From contig JBHGNT010000003.1 in NCBI GenBank assembly GCA_043228905.1, positions 22,754,001-22,818,000 on the forward strand: a stretch of 64,000 nucleotides of DNA, written 5' to 3'. The notes below the pieces were generated by a model. The model was not told the DNA's origin, did no database searches, and saw only the letters and a list, made by a program, of their open reading frames with translations. The position numbers and the translations under genes were made by a program. This document shows positions 13,824 through 26,223 of the stretch, one piece after another (position 1 is the first letter of the stretch; each line of letters starts with the position of its first letter). Origin of the DNA: Azolla caroliniana. Its lineage: Eukaryota > Plantae > Polypodiophyta.

Positions 13824-14391
13824 TCCATTGCATATGAGCTACTCTTTGTACAATGTATGGAAGGGAGATATTCATGGACAAAACCAAGGGTTGTGTACTC
13901 TTTAGTTGTATTTAATTACCAAAAAAACCCTGAAATTAGTCTCAACAAGCTAATTTAAATAGAAACTTTAGAGCTGAAAATGAGAGATTTTAGATGGGGT
14001 TGTGATTCATAGATGATTCTAAAGTATAGGTTTTATGCCCCTTTTTCATCATTTGCAATTTTTTCTGTATTTGAAGCCCAATAATAACTTGAACCTTGGA
14101 GTAACGTTGATGTTTCTGTTAGTGAAATATTAGGTCTACTGAGCCTCAGGACGAGAGACCAATTAAAAAAATTATAATAAAATATTAGAGTTCACCCATT
14201 GAGACCACCCAAATCCGTGTCATCGCCTATCCCCAAAAAGGAAAAAAAACTATTATTTGACAATGATATTGCTAGGCAGTCTTTGGACGAGGTTGGTTAG
14301 AAGAAAATTGTGGTTGTAGTAGGAGGGGAAACCCTTGCAGATAGAGATATGACCAACTATGAGTGGGCAATGACTATGAGTGGGACTTGGC

Positions 14392-14485
14392 AATCCCTAT
14401 GAGAAGCCTCAACGTCTGATGATGCGCCTGGTGGAAATGTTCTCAAATCAAAATGATTGGATATTAGATTTGTTTTTTGGCACGG
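14392..14485 (+). pseudogene. Exon fragment of a beta-class N4-cytosine/N6-adenine DNA methyltransferase (N6_N4_Mtase C-terminal motifs X-I)
   Basis: NPYEKPQRLMMRLVEMFSNQNDWILDLFFGTG resembles 'HPxxKPxxLxxxLIxxxSxxGDxVLDPFxGSG'. It ends at the donor-like G|GTATGT (14486). Upstream sequence from 14134 has stops and a frameshift. Confidence 0.7.
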
Positions 14486-16345
14486 GTATGTTTTCAATTC
14501 ATTGTCCCAATTGCTTGATGAAACAACTTACATTGTTGAATTGTTATGTGAAACATTCTCTAAGGAAGACGAAGACAATGATGTACATACCCTCATAGCA
14601 ATTTAAACCATTTTTATCTCGATACAATTGATGTAGTTGTCACAAATGTTTTGCTTTTAATCAAATATTTACTTTGTTTTTACGGTTCTATCTTATCAAT
14701 GTTGTCTTATAGATGTTTGTTGGAATGTTCCAATTATTTGTATTATACATTGTTTAATATTTGAATTACTTGGTTGATGTGTTTTTTTTTGTTGCACGAT
14801 CTTATTATTAATTGTAAATTATGTTTTGGTCTATATTCATTCTTTACAACATTAATCTATCTACATCCATTGAAACATTTAGTTGTTTTATACAGTGTAT
14901 AATGTTCAAATGATTTGTATATGTTCTTTAACTTTGTAGCACGATCTGATTATTAATTGCACATGAGTCTATATTCATTCATTAAAGCATTAATCTATAT
15001 GCATCTACTAAAAATTTATTCCATATTCATATTTATCCACCAATCGGGTTTATAGTCCCTAAACCCGTTTCGTTTATTGTCAATCACATTTTGAATTAAA
15101 ACATACTTTTATAGACACTTAAAACTTTACAATTCTATTGTCTCTCTTATTTGAAATGTTGCTAGTAGTTGATTGAAATAATAGCTACGTGTCCATTTAG
15201 GGTTTCCAATTAATGATCCATTGTTGTAGGTGTTCTCATTCCTTGGTATGTATAGCTATTTCATGAGTACTCCTTCGTATGTTTGGGTATGTCCTCTGGC
15301 TTCGGGGTTTATGGGTGTCTCTTCTTATACACGTTTCTTATTCACCGTTGACAATTGAATGTTGTCTCGATTTTGGCTCCCAATTATTTAGCATGTTTAT
15401 GGCCGAATAGTTGTGATATATGTTTGACTGTATCTATTTTATGATAAACACAACCAAAACGAACATTTCTCAATACTTATATGCATAATTTGCTTGGCTT
15501 CTCACAAACATATACCTTCGGTATTATATCTTGTAAGATTCATTAAGGATTAATTTGAATCAATTGTAAGCACTAATATGTAGATATCACTTCCTCCTCT
15601 GGCATATACACCTCTATGGGATAGATAAACTAGCATAAGAACTATCACACTCCAGCTTACAAAAAAAAAATCTAGTTTAATAATATTGTTCCAAATCATT
15701 AACTTGTGACAGATGAGACTGCTATTGTGATATTCTTAAATTTAAATACATTGCGGAAGTGGAGATCATCGACTTTAAATATTTTCCTGAAAACTACATG
15801 TTCTCATTTAGAGACTTGTTACATATTAATAATTTAGCAAATTCTATATAGGTGGTTGATCAGGTGATACTGGTACCCAATATTTCACAATAGCCTAAAT
15901 TTGTACTACTACAAAAGGAATCTAAAAGTGGAATGTGTGATCCTTCCACTTGTGAATGCGAACATGTTAATTGGGATTAGGGAAAGTAGCTATTGAGAAT
16001 CAACCTCAATCTAACATTGTGTGTGAACACACCCTTTGACAATCTATGAGCACTCAAAGGTCAAGAGTCACACCACTCTCTACACATTAACTATGTGTCA
16101 TAGAATCATCTTCTATGATACATAATTAATGAGTTCCATATTCCCCATGAGTCAAGGTTCTAGAGAGAGAGTGGACATTGTAGTGAGAGAGTGGATATTG
16201 TAGCGAGTTAATGAAGAGAGAGGGTGTACTTCATTTTTCTTTCATCTATTTATCTCGTGTTTCTCTTCTCTCATCTCTTTCCTCTCACACATACACATAA
16301 CACACATCTCTTCCGCTACACAAGAATCATATCTGATTCTTTACA

Positions 16346-16356
16346 TGGTATCAGAG
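16346..16356 (+). promoter_or_regulatory. Primer-binding site (tRNA-iMet) of element 2
   Basis: TGGTATCAGAG directly follows the LTR end ...TTTACA. Confidence 0.9.
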
Positions 16357-19300
16357 TGGTTTGGTAGCTCGATCTAGCCCATCCGCGTGTGTTGTGCTTT
16401 ACGCCGACGTTCAAGAATAACCGGCTCATTGCTATCATAGTGCGACTACATAGCTCGTGTTCGAGAGAGAAGGAAAAGAAGAAGGAGATCTTCATTGACA
16501 ATGAATGCTCAAATGGGGAGCGCTCTCCGTAGCGAGAAGTTGGATAGAAACAACTTTGCATCTTGGGAGTACAAGATGCACCAATACCTTGTCAGCCAAG
16601 GCTATTGGAGCTACATCAAAGGAGCACAAGAAAATCGACCGACCCGAAAGATGCTGACTCAACATGGGAGCAAACAGCAAGCCGAGTGATGTATTGCTTG
16701 GCGACATGTGTTCATGATCACATGCTCGGCTACATTCGAGAAGCCGAGACACCGAAGCAAGCGTGGGAGAATCTACGGAAGATTTTCACGGCCAACACCA
16801 CTGCAAGAAAGCTTCAACTCCGCCAAGAGTTGAATAATATCCAACAAAGGGATATGTCCATCACAAGCTACACCTTGAAGATCAAGGAGCTTTGTGACTC
16901 GCTCAACTCAATAAGCGTCAATGTGGACGATGATGAGATGGTGCAAATATGCCTCAATGGCCTTGCACCACAATTCGACGCGATGAGGACCGTCATACTA
17001 GCATGAGAGAATCCTCCCTCTTTCTTCAATATTCAATCCATGTTTTTGGTTGAAGAAAACCATGTTTGAATGAGGAGCAACGCCTCGGAAGGCCACATGC
17101 TCTACACGCATTCGAACGGAGGAAAAGGACGTAACCGAGAAAGAGGCTAATTCGGCCAAGGACGAGGCGGACGAGGTCTGACTTACGAAAAGAACTCCCA
17201 ATTTCAGCAACAAGATGGAAGCCATCAAGGAACCTTCGGAAGAAGGGGGAGCTTCCATTCCGGTCCGAGCCGACAAACCTCGATCGAATGCGGATATTGC
17301 GGAAAAATCGGCCACCATGCACAAGAGTGTCGAACGAAGAAGCGTAAGTCGGCTTCCACAAGCTGATAACTCACCTATTACGCCTCAATTCCGACTATGA
17401 CGACCATGACGGAATGTTCGTGATGAGACATAGAGTAAATTCTATGTCGCCCTCTACTTCGAATAGTGTCTCTAGTTCGGAAGACGTATGGTTCGTCGAC
17501 TTCGATGCCTCGAATCATATGACGTCTCATCAAGAATGGTTCTGAGAACTTCGAGAGCTAGACTGACCCGGCTATGTCGTAACCGGAGACGACACTACTC
17601 ATCTGATTCAACACATCAACAATGTTCTATTTGGCAAAGAAGGTAACCAAACTTATATTAAGAATGTCTTGCATGTACCAACCTCCGTCGGCCAAATTGT
17701 TGAGCAAGGGATGAAAGTTTGATTTAATCAAGGCGGTTGCTTCATTGAGAAAGAGGGTCAACTCATCACTCGTGGACGAAGAGAGGGCCAAATGTTCATT
17801 CTCGACTCACACGAGATGAAATCGGCCATGTTTGCAAAAGGCACCAAAACCGGCACTGACATAGAGTTGTGGCACAAGCGAATTGGCCACATCAACCTCC
17901 AAAAGCTCAAGGCAATGCAATCGAAAGGAGTGGTCATTGGACTCCCAACCTTCAAAGAGAAAGAGATTGAAGGCGTATGTGCAGCATGCCAATTCGGCAA
18001 GTGACATCAGAACCCGTGTCCGAAGGAGAGGAACATGCACAAAGGTGTACTTGACGTTATTCATTCCGATGTATGGGGACCTACTCAAACGGCTACATTC
18101 GGCGGATGTCAATACTACGTGGCCTTCATCGTTGACTTCTCCAGGCACACCTCGATCTACCCCATGTGGCAAAAGAGCTAAGTGTTCAGACACTTCCAAA
18201 AATTCAAGAGTAGAGTCGAAAAGGAAACATGTCGACATGTAAGATGTCTTCAGTCCGATGGAGGAAAAGAATACTTCTTCGAAGAATTTTCGGCTTTTCT
18301 TTGAAAAGAAGGAATTCGGTGAGAGTTTTCGTGTCGACATATACCACAACACAACGAAGTAGCCAAACGCAAAAATCGACACATCCTCGAAGTAGCACGT
18401 GCCATGATGAACGAAAAACACATGTTGAAGTCATATTAGGCCAAAGCAACAAATACTGCCATCCACCTCATGAATCAGTGCACGACATCCGAAGTGCATG
18501 AGGTTACCCCGCACGAGAAGTTTTTCGGAAAGAAGCCGGATCTATCACATGTTCGGATATTTGGCTCCATTGCATATGTGCACATCCCCGATGAGAAGCG
18601 ACAAAAGCTCGACCCGAAGTCAGAGAAATGCATCCTTGTAGGATACTCACTTGAGCAAAAGGGGTACACGTGCTATAACCCCTTGAATTGGAAGGTTCGT
18701 GTGAGTCGAGATGTAGTCTTCGAGGAATCGACATCATGGTACGAACCCGAGCCGACTCCCCCTAAATCCTTTCTAGTCAACCTGGAATCCGCCGAACAAG
18801 AGATAGAAGATAGAGATCGACTCAAACACATGTTCAAAGAAAGTCCGATTACGACAAGGCTTAGTGGGCCACAAGAGCCTCCGAGCGACCAAAGCACATC
18901 TCGTCCTAGTCCAAAGATGGACAAAGGTAAGGAGAAAATGTCGGAATATGAAGATGATTACTTCAACGACAACAAATCGACTCACTCGCTTGACAGTGAG
19001 TTCAATGGCTTCGATGTACCTATCATGAGGACACCTGTCGTAAAGAAAGCCATTGCCATGACAAAAGAAAAACTCTGTCGCTCCACCCATGAGGAGAATC
19101 TTGTTAGCCGATTCGACTACAACGATTATATGGCATACCACTATGCCTTTATGATGAAGGTGGCGACAGTTCGAGAGCCGGAAAGTTTTTCGGAAGCAGC
19201 CAAGGATCCATGATGGGTCGAAGCAATGAACGAGGAGATGCGGGCACTATGCAAGAACGAGACATGGGATCTTGTTCCCCACTCACCGCACAAGAAGGCA

Positions 19301-20581
19301 GTTGGCTGCAAATGGATTTATAAGGTGAAGTATAATGTCGATGGCTCTGTCAACCGCTACAAAGCTCGAGTTGTAGTGAAAGAATACGCACAGACACATG
19401 TAGTCGACTACAAAGAGACATTTGCCCCGGTGGCAAAGATGATGACTGTGCGGACCGTGATTGCACTCACAACAACGAAAGGGTGGCATCTCCACTAGAT
19501 GGACATCAAGAACGCCTTTCTTCAAGGTGAATTAGAAGAGGAGGTGTACATGGTACAACCACCCGACTTCGAATCCAGCATTCATCTGAAAGTCGTCTGC
19601 CAACTCAAGAAGCCTCTTTATGGGCTTAAGCAAGCACCGCGTGCTTGGCATTCGAAGGTAACGCAATATCTTCATCAAATCGGTTTTTGAATGTCGAATG
19701 TCGAAATCCGACAACTCCCTCTACGTATGAAACGACTCTAGAAGCTCGATTGTCATCATCCTATACGTGGATGATCTGGTTATTGGAGGTGAGCATTTAA
19801 TCGACATCAACAAGGTGAAATCCCTTCTCTCCAACAAATTTGAGATGATTGACATGAAGGAGCTCTGTTACTTCCTTCACATCGAGGTAATTCAGACTCC
19901 AGCCGACATCATGATCTCTTAACGACACTATATCCTCCACTTGTTATACAAGTTCGAGATGACTAAGTGCGAATCTGTGGCAAACCCTCTCGATCAAAAC
20001 CTCAAACTAGACACTGACTCCGGCACAAATGAGTGCGAGCCGACTCAGTTTCGACAACTGATCGAGAGTCTCATTTACCTCACGATCACTTGACCCGACT
20101 TGAGTTATCCGGTCGGCCTCCTTAGCCAATTCATGCAAACTCCACGAGATATCCATTTGGATTGTGCTAAGCAAGTTTTACTATACCTGAGCGGCACAAT
20201 GAATTGTGGTATTCTCTACGAATCGACCACACCAATTCGACTCGAAGGGTACACAGATGCCGACTGGGCCGGCTACAGGGCCGATCGACGATCGACCTTC
20301 GGATTTGTTTTCTCCCTCGGTAACGGAGCAATTTCGTGGAGTAGAAAGAAGCAGCCGACTATTGCTCTTTCTAGCAAAGAGGCCGAATACAAGGGTGCAA
20401 CCATGGCTGCATGTGAAGCCTAATGGCTCAAGAGGATTTTAAAGGATCTAGGCGTTCCCATCGAGTATCCAACTCCCCTTTAACTCAACAACATGAGTAG
20501 TATTTATCTGACTTGGAACTCGGTGTTCTGCGCACGCACAAAGCCTATCGAAGTGCACTATCACTTTATTCGAGAGCGCGT

Positions 20582-21914
20582 TGTCGTGAAGATTTCCAGC
20601 TATGGTGAGAAAACCGGGTGGAATGGGCAAAGTTGGCAATGTGCACCGTGTGCACATATACATTCAAAAATATGTATAAAATAAAAAGGGGATTTATCCC
20701 ACATTGTAACGTCCTTCCCTCCTTGGACTATAAAAGGAGGGAGGGGTCTCTTGTAAAAGGGTTGCCCATTTTGAGTTAGGAGGGTATACTGTTACATCTA
20801 AGGTATAATAGTCTTGTCTCTTCCTTTTACTTTCCTTTAGGGTTTGGTAGCTTTCTTCTTCTTCTTTCTTTTGGATGTTCTTCTTGGAGTGGAGGTTTAG
20901 GGTTTCTCTCGGTTCCTATCTCTCTTCTCGATTAAGGTTTTGTCCAGTTTAGATCTCGTATGCTTTGAGGGTTCCCGTTCGTAGCTCTGACTCTTGTGCA
21001 AGACCCCAATCACATAGGCAAGCTCGAGTGCTCCTCGACTAGCGGCTTGGTAGCAGAAAATTGTTGTGCTTCGGTAAGAAGGACCGTCTCAGCGCTAGGC
21101 TTCCACTCGCGTAGGCGAGCCCGAGTGCTCCTCGACTAGAGCTTGCTTGTGGACAACTGTTGTATCTGTTCGGTATTGGACCGGCTCGAAACCGACGTTG
21201 TAATTTCGTGGTCTTGTATATACATTCACAAGAAGTTGTGCATATCTATATCTCTATTGGTGTTAGGTGCGTATCTTTCTTTTCGGCTTCTGTACATAGG
21301 AAGCATGTGTTGAGTCTCTCTCTCTCTCTCTCCCTCTCTCTCTCTCTGCCATTCGAACCATTGCTTCCATCCGACTTAGCTCACATGCATTGCAATGTGA
21401 AACAGGGCGTTGGGGCATAAGTGATGAGAGTGGTCGGCTATCCACACTTTACCCTAAACAAGTTCGCGAGTCTGAGTATCACACTTTGATACAATGCTCT
21501 GCTTTTGATCATATTTGACCATGCTTTCCACATCTCTTCAACCGAGCCCAATCTTTGCATGAATTCCTCTCACAACCACAATGTGCACTCTCGATTGCAA
21601 CATTCATTGGTAAAGTTCTTGAACATCGAGAGTCACTACTCACTTTCACACGTATCACGTGAAATGTAATATTTTTGGTCTCATAGGTCATATTTGACCT
21701 CCAAAGACGATAATATAATCTATTTACCTATCTATCTATCTATCTATCTCTTCTGTTCGATAGCATCCAGTATGTGTCCGGAATCTCTCTAGTTTGTGCC
21801 ACAGCCAGCACGACCGGTTCTGGAGAGAATCAATCTCCTGATATCCATCTCTTCCTGGTCCGTGACCCCGGTGGTCCCTCCCGATCCAACACATGCATGC
21901 AGATTTCCGCGACA
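20582..21914 (+). mobile_element. Solo LTR (unassigned, possibly Gypsy) inserted in the RNase H of element 2
   Basis: TGTCGTGAAG...TTCCGCGACA termini and 4-bp TSD GCGT. Removing it restores the frame FIRERV-QARDVDL. TATAAAAGG at ~20729; internal repeats CGAGTGCTCCTCGACTAG. Confidence 0.85.
21348..21748 (+). mobile_element. 5'-truncated RTE-X-like non-LTR retrotransposon with a (TATC)n tail, inserted in a (TC)n tract
   Basis: Translates RTIASIRLSSHALQCETGRW...VRESEYHTLIQCSAFDHI*PCFPHLF (LINE ORF2 C-terminal SSHxLxxETGRW / ExExHxLxxC motif). Followed by a short 3'UTR hairpin and TATC repeats. (TC)n lies at 21315-21347. Confidence 0.82.
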
Positions 21915-22285
21915 GCGTACAGGCCAGAGATGTTGACCTTCAACACATCAACACGAATCTTCAGACAACCGACATCTTCACCAAGGCCCTAGGAGCGGAC
22001 AAGCTTCGGTAATTCATGCCAGACCTTGGATTCACGATCCCTGACTTGTCAAGCTTGAGGGGGAGTATAAGAGAGAACCGGATACCAACCGAAGCGAACA
22101 TCAACCAAAAGGAGCCGACCCAAGTTGAGCTTGAGGAGATGTGTTGAGAATCAAGCTCAATCTAACATTGTGTGTGAACACACCCTTTGAGAATCTATGA
22201 GCACTCAAAGGTCAACAGTCACACCACTCTATACGCATTAACTATGTGTCATAGAATTATATTCTATAACACATAACTAACGAGT

Positions 22286-22605
22286 TGTTGGGAATTCGGT
22301 CCCTCCGGATGGGATGTCCGGAGATGAATGACGGCAAGCCCGGTTGCGGTTACGGAACCGGAGGATGAAGACCCGGCTACGGAGCCGGATGATGAAGGCC
22401 CCGGCTACGGAGCCGGATGACGAATGTACCCGGAGAGAGATCCGGATGCGGGGACATAGTTGTGAATATGTTTGCCAAGGGCCCTTGAGGCTATATTTGT
22501 AAATAGCCCGAAAGTCATATGTGTATAAATATGACTTAGGGCAAACAGTTTAGTGACTGTTACTCATTTTTCTGGTTTTCCACTTAGAGGGAGCTAAGTG
22601 AGCAG

Positions 22606-22648
<43 letters not shown>

Positions 22649-25600
22649 GAAGAGGTCGTTGCCTCTGTGTATTACCGCCGCCTGTGGCGAAGACAGTGAG
22701 CTCAAGGGTTGTTGCCTTGTAGCTTCACCATTGTACATCTCTGCTCATAGTGATAGTTGGAGTTGGAGGACTCCCGTGGTTTTTCCCATTTAGGGTTTTC
22801 CACGTAAAACATCCTGTGTACTCTGCTCTCCATTGTCTTCGTGCATTCTGTATTTCCTGTTTTCTGTGAGTTGATCCTATTCCTCGGTTGTGGCCGAGCT
22901 CAGTCTTTAACAATTTGGTATCAGAGCGACGGTAACACAGAAAATGGAAGGCGGCGGTAGTGGGCCTCCGGGCATGATGGTGTTGAACTCACAGAACTAC
23001 GCCGACTGGAAGATAAAGATGGAAGACCTTCTCATCGTCCGAGACCTGTACGAACCGATCGACAATGCCGAGATACCCAAGGGGGTAATAGAGTCGGAGT
23101 GGAAGCTCCTGAACCGGAAAGCCGTAGCGACGATCCGGCAATATGTCGATGTAAGTGTCCTGCAACATGTGGCGAACGATACGAACGCCTATGAGATGTG
23201 GCAGAAGCTGTCCGGACTGTATGAGAGGAAGAATGCTCTGACCCGGACCTCCCTGATGAGGAAGATAGTGAATCTTAAGTACCGGGACGACGAGAGCATG
23301 GTCGAACATGTCAGCACGTTCATGGGATTCGTGAACCAGCTTGCGGCGATCAAGTTCCCGTTGGATGACGCAATGCAAGCCATCATGCTGATGTGTACCC
23401 TTCCGGAGAGCTGGGAGAACTTGGTAGTTACTCTCAGCACCTCCTGTAAGGAAGAGAACTTGTCTTTACTAACGGTAAAGACAAGTATTCTAAATGAAGA
23501 GGCGCGTCGGAGAGATAAAGAACCGGCCTCCGACTCGAAGGCGCTGCTTACCGAATCGGAACGGGGAAGACAACGGAACCGGAGTCCGCAAAGACGGGAA
23601 AAGTCGGGGACACGGTCGCAGTCGAGGGGAAGACCTACATGCTTCTACTGTGGGAAGCCGGGGCACTTCCAGAAGAACTGTCGGCATTTCCGGAAAGACA
23701 ACGGAACCGACGGTACCGATTCGAAGAAGTCACCGGACCGAAACGGTGCATACCGGGGAGCCACGGACCGGCGAGGTCCGGATCGGCGAGGGCAGGACCG
23801 GAAAGGAACGACGGCACTCGCGGCAAGTGAAGAAGAGATAATGCTCATTACCGAAGAGAGGGAGCTGAACCTTGCCGGTGAAGAGATGACCTGGGTAGTC
23901 GATTCCGGAGCGTCGTTCCACCTGACCCCGGAGAAGAAATACTTCTCATCCTACACAGCCGGTGAGCACGGCTGTGTCCGGATGGGAAATGAAGGTACAT
24001 GTCGGATTGCCGGCATAGGAGACGTGTGGCTGATGACATCGACCGGATGCAAGATGCTGCTGAAGGATGTCCGACACGTTCCGGAGGTTCGATTGAACCT
24101 GATTTCGGCCGGGAGGCTAGACGATGAAGGCTACACGGGTAGCATCCGGAACGGTGTCATGAAGTTCAGCAAAGGGAGCCTGATAGTGGCTCGGGCCCGG
24201 AAAGTCAACACACTGTACCTTATGAATGCCTGGTTGTGTCCGGAGGAGTTGAACGTGGCAGCCGACACTGCCGGTGAGCTGTGGCACAAGAGACTGTGCC
24301 ACATGAGTGAGAAGGGGATGAAGAGGCTTGCAGGAGACAACCTTATTCCAGTGAAGCATGTGCACCTGGAGAAGTGCACCGATTGCCTGGCCGGTAAGCA
24401 GAACCGAACCTCCTTCCACTCAAGGCCACCGACGAGACGTAGTGTACCATTGGAGTTGGTACACACTGATGTGTGTCAGGTAGAAACGAAGTCACACGGC
24501 GGAGCCCAGTACTTCGTGACATTCATTGATGACCACAGCCGGAAGCTGTGGACGGCACCGTTGAAGACAAAGGACCAAGTGTTGTGCGTCTTCAAAGAAC
24601 TCCACGCAAGAGTGGAAAGAGAATTCGGCAAGAAGCTGAAAGCGATACGAGCGGATAACGGAGGAGAATACCGAGGGCAATTCGAGGAGTATTGCCGTTC
24701 GATGGGAATCCGGCTCGAGTTTACTGTGCCGAAGACGCCGGAACTGAACGGGCTGGCCGAGAGAATGAACCGGACCATAATGGAGAGGGTCCGGAGTATG
24801 CTGGCGCATGCGAAATTACCCAAGGGGTTTTGGGCTGAGGCAATGTCGACGGCGACATACGTGATAAACAAATCACCCTCAGTACCTTTGGACGGAGACA
24901 CGCCGCAGAGAGTGTGGACCGGTAGGGAAGTATCCTACCGGCATCTGAAGGTGTTCGGGTGTCTCGCATATGTGCATGTGGCAAAGGACCGGAGAGGAAA
25001 GCTAGATCCAAAGACCCGGCCATGCATATTCCTCGGTTACGGCGATGACGAGTTCGGCTACCGAGTATGGGACCCGGTCGACAAGAAGATATTCCGGAGT
25101 CGTGATATCATCTTCATGGAGGACAAGACATTCGCCGACTGGGAGTCGGAGAAGAAGATGAAGAGCTCCAAGTCGACCGGTGAGGATCAACTCTACGAGG
25201 AGCAGTCCCGACCGGCAAGGGACCGGTTAGCACTCGAGGATCCGGCCGAAGACGGTGAAGAAACAGAACCGGCCGAGGAAGATGAAACTGATACCGGAAC
25301 CGGCCCCGATCCCAAAATGGATTCGGAGGAAGAAGAAGCGGAAGAGCCGGTTACCGAAGCTCCGGAACGGAGATATCCTCTAAGAGAGAGAAGGGCCCCC
25401 CGCAGATTTCCGGAACCAGAGCACGTGCTGCTAACCGACGAGGGGGAGCTGGAGAGTTTTGAAGAAGCAAAGCTTGACACCCATAGCCGCAGGTGGTTAA
25501 GTGCCATGCAGGAGGAGATGGATTCCCTACATGAGAACCACACATATGAACTTGTGGAGTTGCCGAAAGGAAAGCGGGCACTTCGAAACAAGTGGGTGTT

Positions 25601-26223
25601 CAAGCTGAAACCGGGAGATGCCGAAAACCCCCCGAGATACAAAGCCAGGATCGTGGTGAAGGGGTTCCAGCAGAAGAAGGGCGTCGACTACGACGAGATA
25701 TTTGCCCCGGTAGTGAAGATGACCTCCATCCGGATGGTGCTGAGCATAGCGGCAAGCATGGACCTCGAGGTAGAACAGATGGACATGAAGACGGCATTCC
25801 TTCACGGTGATCTCGAAGAAGAGATCTACATGCAGCAACCGGAAGGATTCGAGAAGAAAGGGAAGGAGCACCTGGTATGCCGGTTGAAGAAGAGCCTTTA
25901 CGGACTGAAGCAGGCTCCCCGGCAATGGTACCGGAAGTTCGACTCTTTCATGACCAACGAAGGGTACCACAAAACGCAGTCCGATCACTGCGTGTTTGTG
26001 AAGAAGTTCGAAGGGGGAGACTTTCTAATACTCCTCCTGTACGTGGACGACATGTTGATCATCGGACGGGACCAGGTCAAGATACGGATGCTGAAGAAAG
26101 CGCTTCACCGAACCTTCTCAATGAAGGACCTAGGTCCAGCGAGGCAAATACTAGGGATGCACATCATCCGGGACCGGAAGAAGAAGCAGTTGTGGCTGTC
26201 ACAGGAGAAGTACATGACAAAGG
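22286..26223 (+). mobile_element. Young Ty1/copia element (element 3; Tork/Tnt1-like) inserted in the element-2 3' LTR
   Basis: LTR 22286-22912 (TG...CA), PBS TGGTATCAGAGC at 22916, and an uninterrupted gag-pol ORF. Confidence 0.96.

Larger units (their letters stand above)
15991..22285 (+). mobile_element. Degenerate near-full-length Ty1/copia element (element 2, same family as element 1), interrupted by nested insertions
   Basis: 5' LTR 15991-16345 and PBS TGGTATCAGAG. gag (LDRNNFASW), pre-integrase (LWHKRIGH..CAACQFGK), integrase, RT and RNase H (YTDADWAG, DIFTKAL) remnants with many stops. The 3' LTR starts at 22142 and is cut at 22285. Confidence 0.95.

Noticed and set aside
15046-15068. 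Helitron 3' hairpin (CGGGTTTA-N7-TAAACCCG) as the end of the MTase-bearing element
   Set aside because: No CTRR terminus at the expected distance, so it cannot be supported as a boundary.
16346-22927. tRNA-Met-like sequences
   Set aside because: Only 11-12-nt primer-binding sites, not tRNA genes.
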